This document shows, piece by piece, positions 23,296 through 31,891 of a stretch of DNA of 32,000 nucleotides; within the stretch, counting starts at the first letter, position 1; each line of letters opens with the position of its first letter. The stretch lies in assembly GCF_000299365.1 (NCBI RefSeq), contig NC_018655.1, positions 1,050,001 to 1,082,000 on the forward strand, written 5' to 3'. This DNA is from Candidatus Nitrosopumilus koreensis AR1. Its GTDB lineage: Archaea > Thermoproteota > Nitrososphaeria > Nitrososphaerales > Nitrosopumilaceae. Below the pieces are notes generated by a model that was given only the letters and a program-made list of their open reading frames with translations, searched no databases and had not been told where the DNA came from. The translations under genes were made by a program, and so were the position numbers.

Positions 23296-24240
23296 CTAGT
23301 TCTTTTTTGGTTCTGATTTATTTTGATTAGGTTTGTTGCCTTTTGATTTGTTTTGATTAGGTTTGTTGCCTTTTGATTTGTTTTGATTAGGTTTGTTGCC
23401 TTTTGATTTGTTTTGATTAGGTTTGTTGCCTTTTGATTTGTGTTTTTTGTTTGGTCTTTCGCTAGCTAATTTTTTGTATAATTGGAAAGCCTGATCGACA
23501 TTGGCATTTTGATGAACGATTGCCCTAACTGCTTTAATCATAGCTACTGGATGTTCAGATTGCCAGATGTTTCTGCCCATATCAACACCTACAGCACCAC
23601 CTTTAATGGAATTGTATGTTAATTGTAATGCATCGCGTTCTGGGATTTTCTTTCCGCCCGCAACAATAATTGGGACAGGACAAGATTCAACAACTTTTTC
23701 AAAGTTTTCACAATAGTATGTTTTCACAATATGTGCACCTTGCTCAGCTGCCATTCTACAGGCCAATGAAAGATATCGAGCATCTTTACCAAGTTCTTTT
23801 CCAACTGCAGTTACAGCTAAAACAGGAATTCCATATTGTTCTGCCTCACTGACTAATTTTCCAAGATTTACAACTGTTTGGTATTCATACTTTGAGCCAA
23901 CAAAGATAGACATTGCAAGAGCACTTGCATTGAGTCTAATTGCATCCTGAATTGAAACGGTAATGTCTTCCTGAGACAAATCTTCACCAATAATACTAGA
24001 ACCACCAGATACTCGAAGTACCATAGGAGTATCAGTTTCTGCAGGAACAGAGGTTCTTTGAACACCTCTTGTGAGCATCAAAGAGTCACAATGTCTCAAT
24101 AGAGGCGCAATCACTTTTTTTGGATTTTCTAATTTTTCAGTAGGTCCCAAAAAGTATCCATGATCAACTGCTAACATTAATGCACGATTATTATGTGGTT
24201 TAATTATTCTTGATAACCTATTTTTTAATCCCCAATCCAT
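23296..24240 (-). CDS. Class I aldolase of the DhnA/FbaB/LsrF family (COG1830-like) with a repeat-encoded basic C-terminal tail
   Basis: ORF track, 314 aa. It has LAVDHGYFLGP, the Schiff-base-type Lys context GAHIVKTYY, and IIVAGG...GVDMGRNIWQ. The last ~55 aa are NKKHKSKGNKPNQN(KSKGNKPNQN)x3KSEPKKN. Confidence 0.75.
   Translation of the reverse strand: MDWGLKNRLSRIIKPHNNRALMLAVDHGYFLGPTEKLENPKKVIAPLLRHCDSLMLTRGVQRTSVPAETDTPMVLRVSGGSSIIGEDLSQEDITVSIQDAIRLNASALAMSIFVGSKYEYQTVVNLGKLVSEAEQYGIPVLAVTAVGKELGKDARYLSLACRMAAEQGAHIVKTYYCENFEKVVESCPVPIIVAGGKKIPERDALQLTYNSIKGGAVGVDMGRNIWQSEHPVAMIKAVRAIVHQNANVDQAFQLYKKLASERPNKKHKSKGNKPNQNKSKGNKPNQNKSKGNKPNQNKSKGNKPNQNKSEPKKN
23311..23442. repeat. 30-bp tandem repeat, ~4.4 copies, inside the 3' end of the aldolase CDS
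   Basis: The unit ttttgatttgttttgattaggtttgttgcc is identical at 23341-23370, 23371-23400 and 23401-23430. A 28/30 copy lies at 23311-23340 and a partial copy at 23431-23442. The unit length is a multiple of 3 and keeps the frame. Confidence 0.95.
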
Positions 24241-24278
24241 ATCTTTTCGAATCTGAAAATGCCTTTCTTAAGCCTTTC

Positions 24279-25307
24279 TCATTTTGTTATGATTATTTTC
24301 ATAGCATTTTCACCACTTCGTGCATGATCAAATGCCTTTTGTGTATCAGTGATTGGATATGTATGTGTGATTAATTGTTTAACATCGATTTGAGATGATT
24401 CTATAAGACGTAGTGCTTCTTTGGTGTCGTTATCAGATGCTGCATAACTAGTAACAAGCATAATTTCTTTTGAATATATTTTACTCATATCCAAATCCAT
24501 TTTTGCTCCTTTTGAAGGAACACCAAACATCATTACAGCACCACCCTTTCTGACCATATCAATGGCATCTTCAAGAGCCTTAAGACTACTAGTTGCAACT
24601 ATTGCGACATCAACACCTCTCCCATCAGTGTGATCCAAAATTTTTTGTTTACGTGAATCATCTGCAGAATGTATAGATTCAGTAATATTGAATTTTTTTG
24701 CAAAATCTAATCTAAAATCATTTACATCAAAACAGAAAATTTTTGAGAATTTTTTTGCTTGAGCTAACATAACGTGCATCATTCCAGTAGGGCCAACACC
24801 AAAGATTGCAGCACTGTCACCTTCCTGATGATTGTATTTTGTCCAAGCCCTAACACAACATGCGAGGGGTTCAATCATTGCAGCTTCTTCAAAACTTAAG
24901 GAATCAGATATTTTTAAGACTCCACCATGAGAAACATTCCATGCAGGAACAACAAATTGTTCAGATAGACCACAAGGAGACAGATTAGTTTCATAGTATT
25001 TTTTACACATTGTTTCATTACCATGATTGCAAAAATGACAGTCATAGCAAGGAACATGATGGTGAGTAAACACTCTGTCGCCTTTTTTGAATTCAGTTAC
25101 ATCAGAACCAACATCAACAATTACACCAGAAGGTTCATGTCCTAAACGCATAGAAGGTTGCCCATATTGGCCAAATACCTTTTCCAAATCAGAGCCACAG
25201 ATTCCACATGCATGCATTTGAACTAATATATCGCCAGACTCTAAAGAAGGATTTTCTGTCTCAGTAACAGAAATTATTGCAGGTTCTTTAACAGATGCAG
25301 TTTTCAT
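24279..25307 (-). CDS. Zinc-dependent medium-chain dehydrogenase (alcohol/threonine/sorbitol dehydrogenase family)
   Basis: ORF track, 342 aa. It has CGICGSDLE, GHEPSGVIVDVG, the structural-Zn cluster CYDCHFCNHGNETMC and the Rossmann motif GVGPTG. Confidence 0.85.
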   Translation of the reverse strand: MKTASVKEPAIISVTETENPSLESGDILVQMHACGICGSDLEKVFGQYGQPSMRLGHEPSGVIVDVGSDVTEFKKGDRVFTHHHVPCYDCHFCNHGNETMCKKYYETNLSPCGLSEQFVVPAWNVSHGGVLKISDSLSFEEAAMIEPLACCVRAWTKYNHQEGDSAAIFGVGPTGMMHVMLAQAKKFSKIFCFDVNDFRLDFAKKFNITESIHSADDSRKQKILDHTDGRGVDVAIVATSSLKALEDAIDMVRKGGAVMMFGVPSKGAKMDLDMSKIYSKEIMLVTSYAASDNDTKEALRLIESSQIDVKQLITHTYPITDTQKAFDHARSGENAMKIIITK

Positions 25308-25347
25308 GATTTGACTTTAGGAAAATGAGTATAAGTAGATTAAAAAA

Positions 25348-25641
25348 TTAAACACCAAGAATCTTTTTCAGCATTACCCGGTAATCAACTTCAGATTTTT
25401 CACTGCCAGTTGCAGGTAGTGCAAATACCAAAGTATCTTTTTCAGCTCTTAATGCAGTTAATTCGTCATTAATTGATTCTGTAATATCATCACTTACCAA
25501 AACTAGCCCTACATCAGAATCATCAGTTAGTTTCTTAATGTCATCTAAAGCCTTTTGAGGAGATTCTGAAATAATACCTGGAACGCCAGCTAATTGAAAA
25601 CTAGTTACAAACGATTTGCTTCCTACAGTGAATATTTTCAC
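25348..25641 (-). CDS. atpF: A/V-type ATP synthase subunit F
   Basis: ORF track, 97 aa. MKIFTVGSKSFVTSFQLAGV...VGLVLVSDD... matches archaeal AtpF/AhaF in layout and size. No other atp genes are in the window. Confidence 0.7.
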   Translation of the reverse strand: MKIFTVGSKSFVTSFQLAGVPGIISESPQKALDDIKKLTDDSDVGLVLVSDDITESINDELTALRAEKDTLVFALPATGSEKSEVDYRVMLKKILGV

Positions 25642-25730
25642 AGATTCAATTCTTGCCCATTCTAATTTAACCCTTTTTGGAAGAGATTAGATCAGGAAAG
25701 ATTGATTTAGTTTAAAAAATTAGTAATTTC

Positions 25731-26030
25731 ATGGCAGAAATCGATGCTCAAAAAGATGTCTATCTGTTCTTACATGGAAAAATGGATCTTAGAGAAAAGG
25801 CAACAAATGCACTTACTGCAAAAGGATTTGCAGCTGAAAAAATAACAATGGCCTCACCAAACAAAGTAGGAAATGTAGGGGATTACATGGCAATGTTATG
25901 GAGACCACCCACACCGGATCAAATCAAGATTCAACAAATAACCAAGGTTGAAGAAGTAGAGCCAGAGGGAATGATAGGACTTTGGAAAGGGGTTTCACAA
26001 GAAGATATCGAGTCTATTCCATTAGAATAA
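25731..26030 (+). CDS. Hypothetical protein
   Basis: ORF track, 99 aa. I recognise no motif. Confidence 0.45.
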   Translation: MAEIDAQKDVYLFLHGKMDLREKATNALTAKGFAAEKITMASPNKVGNVGDYMAMLWRPPTPDQIKIQQITKVEEVEPEGMIGLWKGVSQEDIESIPLE

Positions 26031-26032
26031 AC

Positions 26033-26293
26033 TCAACTAAATCCAGCACCAAAATCGGAACCTTTGTCTAATAGGTCTCCAGAATCTGAACTTTTTAGTT
26101 TTCTAAACAACAGAGTCTCATAAACCAATTTCATTGCATCGTCATCATTTAGATTGCAATCTTCTTTAATTTGGTTCTTGTATTTCTCTAGTTTTACAGG
26201 ATCTTGTTCATCAAGGGAGACACCGTCATGAACCATTAGATTAGCAATTTTTTCAATTTCAGAATTTTGTTGCTCCTCATCCATGATTGTCAA
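26033..26293 (-). CDS. Hypothetical acidic protein
   Basis: ORF track, 86 aa, Asp/Glu-rich. It is convergent with the previous ORF with a 2-nt gap. Confidence 0.45.
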   Translation of the reverse strand: MTIMDEEQQNSEIEKIANLMVHDGVSLDEQDPVKLEKYKNQIKEDCNLNDDDAMKLVYETLLFRKLKSSDSGDLLDKGSDFGAGFS

Positions 26294-26332
26294 TAAATTT
26301 TCTGCTTATTAATACATTCTAGCAAAAGATCA

Positions 26333-26635
26333 TTACAGATCTGAAAGTAATCCTGAAAGAAAATCAGAAAACTCATCGTCAGAAAAAATGATTTCTTCTA
26401 CTTTTTTTTGATTTTGAGCAAGTTTTACAGAATCCAAATGATAGCATGTCTCTTTTCCATTTAATTTTCCAAAATAAAACCCAGGACAAGAACAATAAAC
26501 ACCATCAGGATCAACCCAATGTTCTTCTCCCTTACCGACAACAGTCCAAATTTTCCTTTGACTGGGTTCAAAAACATGGAGTTTTACTCGCTTTTCAGAA
26601 ACCAGAGATTCTATTCTATCATGTTCTTTGTTCAC
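26333..26635 (-). CDS. SWIM zinc-finger protein
   Basis: ORF track, 100 aa. It carries the CxC...CxH motif CSCPGFYFGKLNGKETCYHL. Confidence 0.7.
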   Translation of the reverse strand: MNKEHDRIESLVSEKRVKLHVFEPSQRKIWTVVGKGEEHWVDPDGVYCSCPGFYFGKLNGKETCYHLDSVKLAQNQKKVEEIIFSDDEFSDFLSGLLSDL

Positions 26636-26678
26636 AAGGGTTTAATCACATATCTGCAGTATAACTTTGATGCTGCAA

Positions 26679-27418
26679 ATGAGAATCATACCATCAAAAC
26701 CAGCATTACTTTTGGAAGGAGAAAAAAACAACTAGTAATTACAGATTTACACATAGGATTTGAAAGTAGTATGGCATCAAATGAAATTTTTATTGGCAAA
26801 AATTCAACAACTAAACAAACAATTCAAGAATTAACAGAGATAATAGAGTCTGAAAAGCCTGACTCTCTGATTTTGCTAGGAGATGTAAAGTCAAGTGTTA
26901 AAGTTATCTCAAAAAACGAATGGGATGAGGTTCCATTATTTTTTGAAAAAATTAAGGAAAAATGTGACGTGATATTAATTCCTGGAAATCATGACGCAAA
27001 TATTCAGAAATTAGTCCCAGAGGGAATAACAATGATAAGTTCAACTGGAATGGTTGAAGAAAACACATTACTAACTCACGGGCACACAATGCCATCTAAG
27101 AATTTCTCTCATGTGGATAGAATAATTATGGGGCATGTTCATCCAGTTTTTTTTCAAGAAGGTTCCATAATAAATGGACAAAGAGTTTGGATTTCAATGA
27201 AAATAGAAAAAGAGATGATGTTTCCAAATAAATCCGGAGAATTAGAAATTACAATAATTCCCTCATTTAACAAGTACTTTTATGCAACTCATAGAAAAAA
27301 ATACAAAAAATCAATTTCTCCAATAATTGACAGAATAAAATCAGTTGCAAAAGCAAGGATTGTTACACTTGATGGAACTATTATCGGAAATGAATCAATT
27401 ATTGATCAAGTCTTATGA
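26679..27418 (+). CDS. Calcineurin-like metallophosphoesterase (COG1407-like); the N-terminus is displaced by a frameshift at an A7 run
   Basis: ORF track 26519..27418 contains DLHIG, LLGDVK, PGNHDAN, THGH and GHVHP. The track's first ~55 codons are antisense to the SWIM gene, and the main frame has no ATG/GTG/TTG between 26636 and the DxH motif. The ATG at 26679 encodes MRIIPSKPALLLEGEKNN* and joins as ...EGEKKQLVITDLHIG if A7 (26722-26728) is read as A8. Confidence 0.75.
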
Positions 27419-27421
27419 TAA

Positions 27422-30400
27422 TCATTCAACAGGATCATATGGTTCTATAGGATCTTTTGTTGTTTCATTATGTTGTAACCACTCCAGTGTCTTGACAAAA
27501 GAATCCGCTAATTCTAGAGTAGTAAGAACAGGTATTCCTAACTCCAAAGCCTTTCTTCTAATCTGATATTCATCATCAAGCATTCCAACATATTTTTCTA
27601 AAGACAGGGTGCTTGGAATGTTAATAATAAAATCAATTTTTTTCTCATAGAGTAGATCAGATATGTTTGGTTTTCGTTCCGGTTCCGATATCTTGTGTAC
27701 TATCTCAACGTCACCAACTTTTTCTTCAAAGAATTCTGCAGTATGTTCTGTTGCTAAAATTTTGAATTTTAACTGTTTGAGTTTTGCAATAGTTGGCAAA
27801 AGTTTTTCCTTGTTTGTAGTACCACCAACAGTAACAAGGGCAGTTCCTTTTTCAGGGAGATTATATCCAACCGAAGTCAGGCCTTTTGATAGTGCATCAT
27901 AAAAGCTGTTACCAAAACATGCAGCCTCACCAGTTGACTGCATTTCAACTCCTAGAGTAATATCTGCACCATCCAATTGCATAAATGAAAACTGCGGTAC
28001 CTTAATTCCATAGTTGTGGATCTTTTGCCATTTGTTTTCAGGAATTTTGGGAAGAGGTTTTCCTAAAATAGCCTTGGATGCAAGTGAAATCAGGTTGGTT
28101 TTTACCAATTTCGATACAAAAGGCATTGAACGAGATGCCCTAATATTGAGTTCAATCACATAAACATGGTCATCATGAATCAGAAATTGTAGATTAAATG
28201 GACCTTTGATATTAAATGTCAATGCAATCTTTTTTGTGTATTCATTAATGGTTTCGATAATTTTGTTGTTTAAACGCCATGGCGGAATACACATCATTGC
28301 ATCACCAGAATGAACTCCAGCTGAATCAATATGTTCAACTATAGCGCCAATTACAACTTCTTTTCCGTTACTTACTCCATCAACATCTACTTCAAGTGAA
28401 TTTAACATGAATTTAGATATAACAACTGGATGATCAGGAGAAACGTCTGTTGCGTCTTTAACATATGTTTTTAGTTCATCTTGAGACCAAACAACTTTCA
28501 TCGCAGCACCAGATAAAACATAGGAGGGTCTAACAATTACAGGAAATCCAACTTCTTGTGCAAAGTTTTTTGCTTCATTGAGATTGGAAAATGCTTGCCA
28601 TTTTGGTTGCTGTATGTGAAGTTTATCAAGTTCTGCACTAAATTTTGAGCGGTCTTCAGCTCTGTCAACATCTATTGCACTTGTTCCCATAATGTTGATT
28701 CCTTTTTGTGCAAGACCAGGAGTTAAATTGTTTGCAGTCTGACCACCAACACAAGTAATGATACCTTTGGGATTTTCAAATTCTATAATGTCAAGAATCC
28801 TTTCTTGAGTCAGTTCTTCAAAGTACAATCTTGTACAGATATCATAATCGGTAGAAACAGTTTCAGGATTACAGTTTACAACTGAAACATTTTTCTCGCC
28901 ATTTTCTTGCAGACCCCATACCATATTGACAGTTCCCCAATCAAACTCCACACTACTTCCAATTCTATATGGACCTGCACCTAGCACGATGATTCCTTTC
29001 TCGTCTTTAGGCACATCAATATCATTAGAATTTCCACCATAAGTCAGATAGAGGTAATTTGTAACTGCAGGCCACTCAGCAGCAAGTGTATCAATCTGTT
29101 TTACGGCAGGAATCACGCCTAGTTTTTTGCGTATTTCACGTATTTCATCAGGAGTCTTTTCTTTGACCCTAGCAATCTGCTTGTCTGAGAAGCCCATCTT
29201 TTTTGCTTCCCACATCATAGATTCATCAAGTTCTGATTCTTTGAGATGAGATTCAGTGTTAACAATATTTTGTATTTTTTCAATAAACCAAGGATCAATT
29301 GCAGATAGGTCATAGATTTTATCAACAGAGAGTCCCATCTTCAGAGCAATTGCAACATTATACAGGATTTGATCATCATGATGTGAAAGTTTGTTTTCAA
29401 TTTCTTCTTCGGTGTATGTTTTTCCATTTGCACGATTCAAAACAAGTCCATCATTTCCAATATCAAGCATTCTGATTGCTTTTTGTAATGATTCTTCAAA
29501 GGTTCGGCCAACTGCCATTACTTCTCCAACAGATTTCATTGTAACTCCCAGTCTTCGATTTACTAATTCAAACTTTGAAAAATCCCATCTTGGATGTTTG
29601 CAAACAACATAATCAAGCGATGGTTCAAAGCATGCAGTTGTATTTTTGGTAATTCGGTTTACAAGTTCAGATAAATTGTAACCTAGACCAATCTTTGCAG
29701 ACATGTATGCAAGTGGATATCCTGTTGCTTTACTTGCAAGAGCTGATGAACGTGAAAGGCGCGGGTTTATTTCAATTGCAACGTATCTGTCTGAATCAGA
29801 ATCTAATGCATACTGTATGTTACATTCACCAACAATACCAACATGTTTTGTTGCACGCAGTGCTGCTGAACGTAACATATGATATTCGTGATTATCAATT
29901 GTTTGTGACGGTGCAACTACAATATTATCACCAGTATGCACCTTCATAGAAAGAACATTTTCCATATTACACACAATTACATTATTGCCATCATAGTCTT
30001 GCATTACTTCATATTCGATTTGTTTCCAATGGCCAATGTATTCTTCAATTAGTACTTGACCGACTAGGCTTGCTTTTAGACCCCGTTCAACAATCTCATG
30101 TAATTCAATCTCGTTGTGGGCAATACCACCACCACGTCCACCAAGAGTATAGGCTACTCGAATTATAACAGGGTATGATAGTTCTTCTGCTATCTTTTTT
30201 GCATCATCAAAGTTTGTTACAGTCTTACTTTTGAGCACAGGAACACCTGCCTCAGTCATTTGGTCTTTGAAAAGTTGCCTATCCTCAGTATTTTTGATGC
30301 CTTGTACCTGAGTTCCAAGAACATTTACCCCATATTTTTGGAGGATGCCAGCTTCTTCTAGTTTGACACCACAGTTTAGAGCAGTTTGTCCACCATATGC

Positions 30401-30664
30401 CAACATGATTCCATCAGGTCTTTCTTTTTCAATTATAGATTCAACATACTTGGGGGTTACAGGTAAAAGATACACTTGATCTGCAAATCTTGTATCTGTT
30501 TGAATTGTTGCAATATTTGGGTTGATTAATACACTTTTGAGTCCATCTTCACGAATTGCTTTGAGGCATTGACTTCCAGAGTAATCAAATTCTCCAGCTT
30601 CGCCAATTTTGATTGCTCCACTACCAAGTACAAGAATTTTCTTCAAAGATTCATTTATTGGCAT
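27422..30664 (-). CDS. carB: Carbamoyl-phosphate synthase large subunit
   Basis: ORF track, 1080 aa. It has the duplicated ATP-grasp architecture, an N-terminal KILVLGSGAIKIGEAGEFDYSG and a second copy IIVLGAGPYRIGSSVEFDW. Confidence 0.95.
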   Translation of the reverse strand: MPINESLKKILVLGSGAIKIGEAGEFDYSGSQCLKAIREDGLKSVLINPNIATIQTDTRFADQVYLLPVTPKYVESIIEKERPDGIMLAYGGQTALNCGVKLEEAGILQKYGVNVLGTQVQGIKNTEDRQLFKDQMTEAGVPVLKSKTVTNFDDAKKIAEELSYPVIIRVAYTLGGRGGGIAHNEIELHEIVERGLKASLVGQVLIEEYIGHWKQIEYEVMQDYDGNNVIVCNMENVLSMKVHTGDNIVVAPSQTIDNHEYHMLRSAALRATKHVGIVGECNIQYALDSDSDRYVAIEINPRLSRSSALASKATGYPLAYMSAKIGLGYNLSELVNRITKNTTACFEPSLDYVVCKHPRWDFSKFELVNRRLGVTMKSVGEVMAVGRTFEESLQKAIRMLDIGNDGLVLNRANGKTYTEEEIENKLSHHDDQILYNVAIALKMGLSVDKIYDLSAIDPWFIEKIQNIVNTESHLKESELDESMMWEAKKMGFSDKQIARVKEKTPDEIREIRKKLGVIPAVKQIDTLAAEWPAVTNYLYLTYGGNSNDIDVPKDEKGIIVLGAGPYRIGSSVEFDWGTVNMVWGLQENGEKNVSVVNCNPETVSTDYDICTRLYFEELTQERILDIIEFENPKGIITCVGGQTANNLTPGLAQKGINIMGTSAIDVDRAEDRSKFSAELDKLHIQQPKWQAFSNLNEAKNFAQEVGFPVIVRPSYVLSGAAMKVVWSQDELKTYVKDATDVSPDHPVVISKFMLNSLEVDVDGVSNGKEVVIGAIVEHIDSAGVHSGDAMMCIPPWRLNNKIIETINEYTKKIALTFNIKGPFNLQFLIHDDHVYVIELNIRASRSMPFVSKLVKTNLISLASKAILGKPLPKIPENKWQKIHNYGIKVPQFSFMQLDGADITLGVEMQSTGEAACFGNSFYDALSKGLTSVGYNLPEKGTALVTVGGTTNKEKLLPTIAKLKQLKFKILATEHTAEFFEEKVGDVEIVHKISEPERKPNISDLLYEKKIDFIINIPSTLSLEKYVGMLDDEYQIRRKALELGIPVLTTLELADSFVKTLEWLQHNETTKDPIEPYDPVE

Positions 30665-30668
30665 TTTT

Positions 30669-31829
30669 TTATTTCTCCATTAATTTTTTGAGTTCTTCAA
30701 AAACATACTTGCAATCAAAGGGTCCAGGTGCAGCTTCAGGATGAAATTGTACTGCGATACAATTTTTTGTTTTGTGTTTGATTCCTTCAACTGTTTTATC
30801 ATCTGCGTTTGTAAACCATAAATTAAATTCTGATTTTTCCAAAGATTCAGGTGTTATTCCATATCCATGATTTTGACTAGTAACATAAACTTGATTTGTT
30901 TCCAAGTTCACACATGGTTTGTTTTGACCACGGTGCCCATACTTTAGTTTGTAAGTTTCAGTGTTTCCTGCAAGTCCAATTATTTGAGCACCTAAACAAA
31001 TTCCCAGTGTTGGAATATTGTTTGAAATTAATTGTTTGGCAGTATCAATTGTTGCAGGACAATTTTGTGGATCACCAGGACCACTACTAAGAACAACACC
31101 TTTTGGATTGTAAGACATTATTTTTTCATAAGATGTGTTCCATGGTACAACAATTGCTTTGTATCCAAGTTCTCGAATATTTCTAACAATTGCATTTTTT
31201 GCGCCAGTGTCAATTACAACAACTGTGTCATTTTCATCACCATAGATTTTTTCAGTTTTTGTTGAAACAGAATCCATGAATTGCTCTGTATTGTAATCAG
31301 CAGCTGCTGCCAACTCTTTTTTGACTTTATCAACATCAATCTCTTCATCTGAAACTACAAGAGCAGCCATCATGACACCGCTGCTTCGAAGTTTCTTTGT
31401 GATATCTCTTGTATCGACACCAGATATTCCAGGTACTTTTTCATTATACATCCATTCATCAAGAGTCAGGGATAGATTCCAATGACTTGCAGTAAGGGAT
31501 AGTTCATGTACCACCAAGCCTCTAATTTGCATTTTGTCAGATTCAAAGAATTTGGGTATACCATCTTCATCAGCAATAGTTGGATCGGGAACACCGTAAT
31601 TTCCAACTAGAGGGTAAGTTAGTGTCAAAATTTGTCCATTGTAAGAAGGATCAGTTAACGCTTCAGTATATCCAACCATTCCAGTGTTAAAGACAATTTC
31701 ACCAAAAACAGTTGTAGAATAGCCAAAGCCTTCGCCATCAAAAACAGTCCCATCATCAAAGATCAGCTTTCCATACTTGTTTGCGTGGATTGATTTCTTT
31801 GTAGTAATTGTGACCCTCGTAAAGTCCAC
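30669..31829 (-). CDS. carA: Carbamoyl-phosphate synthase small (glutaminase) subunit
   Basis: ORF track, 386 aa, GTG start. It has the GATase triad context LGICLGAQIIG and VQFHPEA. It ends 4 nt upstream of the carB start. Confidence 0.9.
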   Translation of the reverse strand: MDFTRVTITTKKSIHANKYGKLIFDDGTVFDGEGFGYSTTVFGEIVFNTGMVGYTEALTDPSYNGQILTLTYPLVGNYGVPDPTIADEDGIPKFFESDKMQIRGLVVHELSLTASHWNLSLTLDEWMYNEKVPGISGVDTRDITKKLRSSGVMMAALVVSDEEIDVDKVKKELAAAADYNTEQFMDSVSTKTEKIYGDENDTVVVIDTGAKNAIVRNIRELGYKAIVVPWNTSYEKIMSYNPKGVVLSSGPGDPQNCPATIDTAKQLISNNIPTLGICLGAQIIGLAGNTETYKLKYGHRGQNKPCVNLETNQVYVTSQNHGYGITPESLEKSEFNLWFTNADDKTVEGIKHKTKNCIAVQFHPEAAPGPFDCKYVFEELKKLMEK

Positions 31830-31891
31830 AAGAAAGCGAATTTAAGTTTTATGTGGATTTGAAAATAGAATTTTTGATCGCAAAAATTTGA

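Noticed and set aside
23311-23442. Could the 30-bp repeats be a small CRISPR array?
   Set aside because: The units are directly adjacent with no spacers. They lie in frame inside a CDS, and there are no cas genes or leader. This is a coding tandem repeat.
26519-26678. The track's start at 26519 for the metallophosphoesterase ORF
   Set aside because: The first ~40 codons overlap the SWIM gene on the opposite strand and translate to non-conserved-looking sequence. I replaced it with the ATG at 26679 plus a frameshift at the A7 run.
1553-26728. Programmed ribosomal frameshifting or transcriptional slippage as the primary explanation for the homopolymer frame breaks
   Set aside because: The affected genes are functionally unrelated. 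Both +1 and -1 corrections are needed, and no downstream stimulatory structures are evident. Homopolymer miscalls are more parsimonious. I retained slippage only as an alternative to test.
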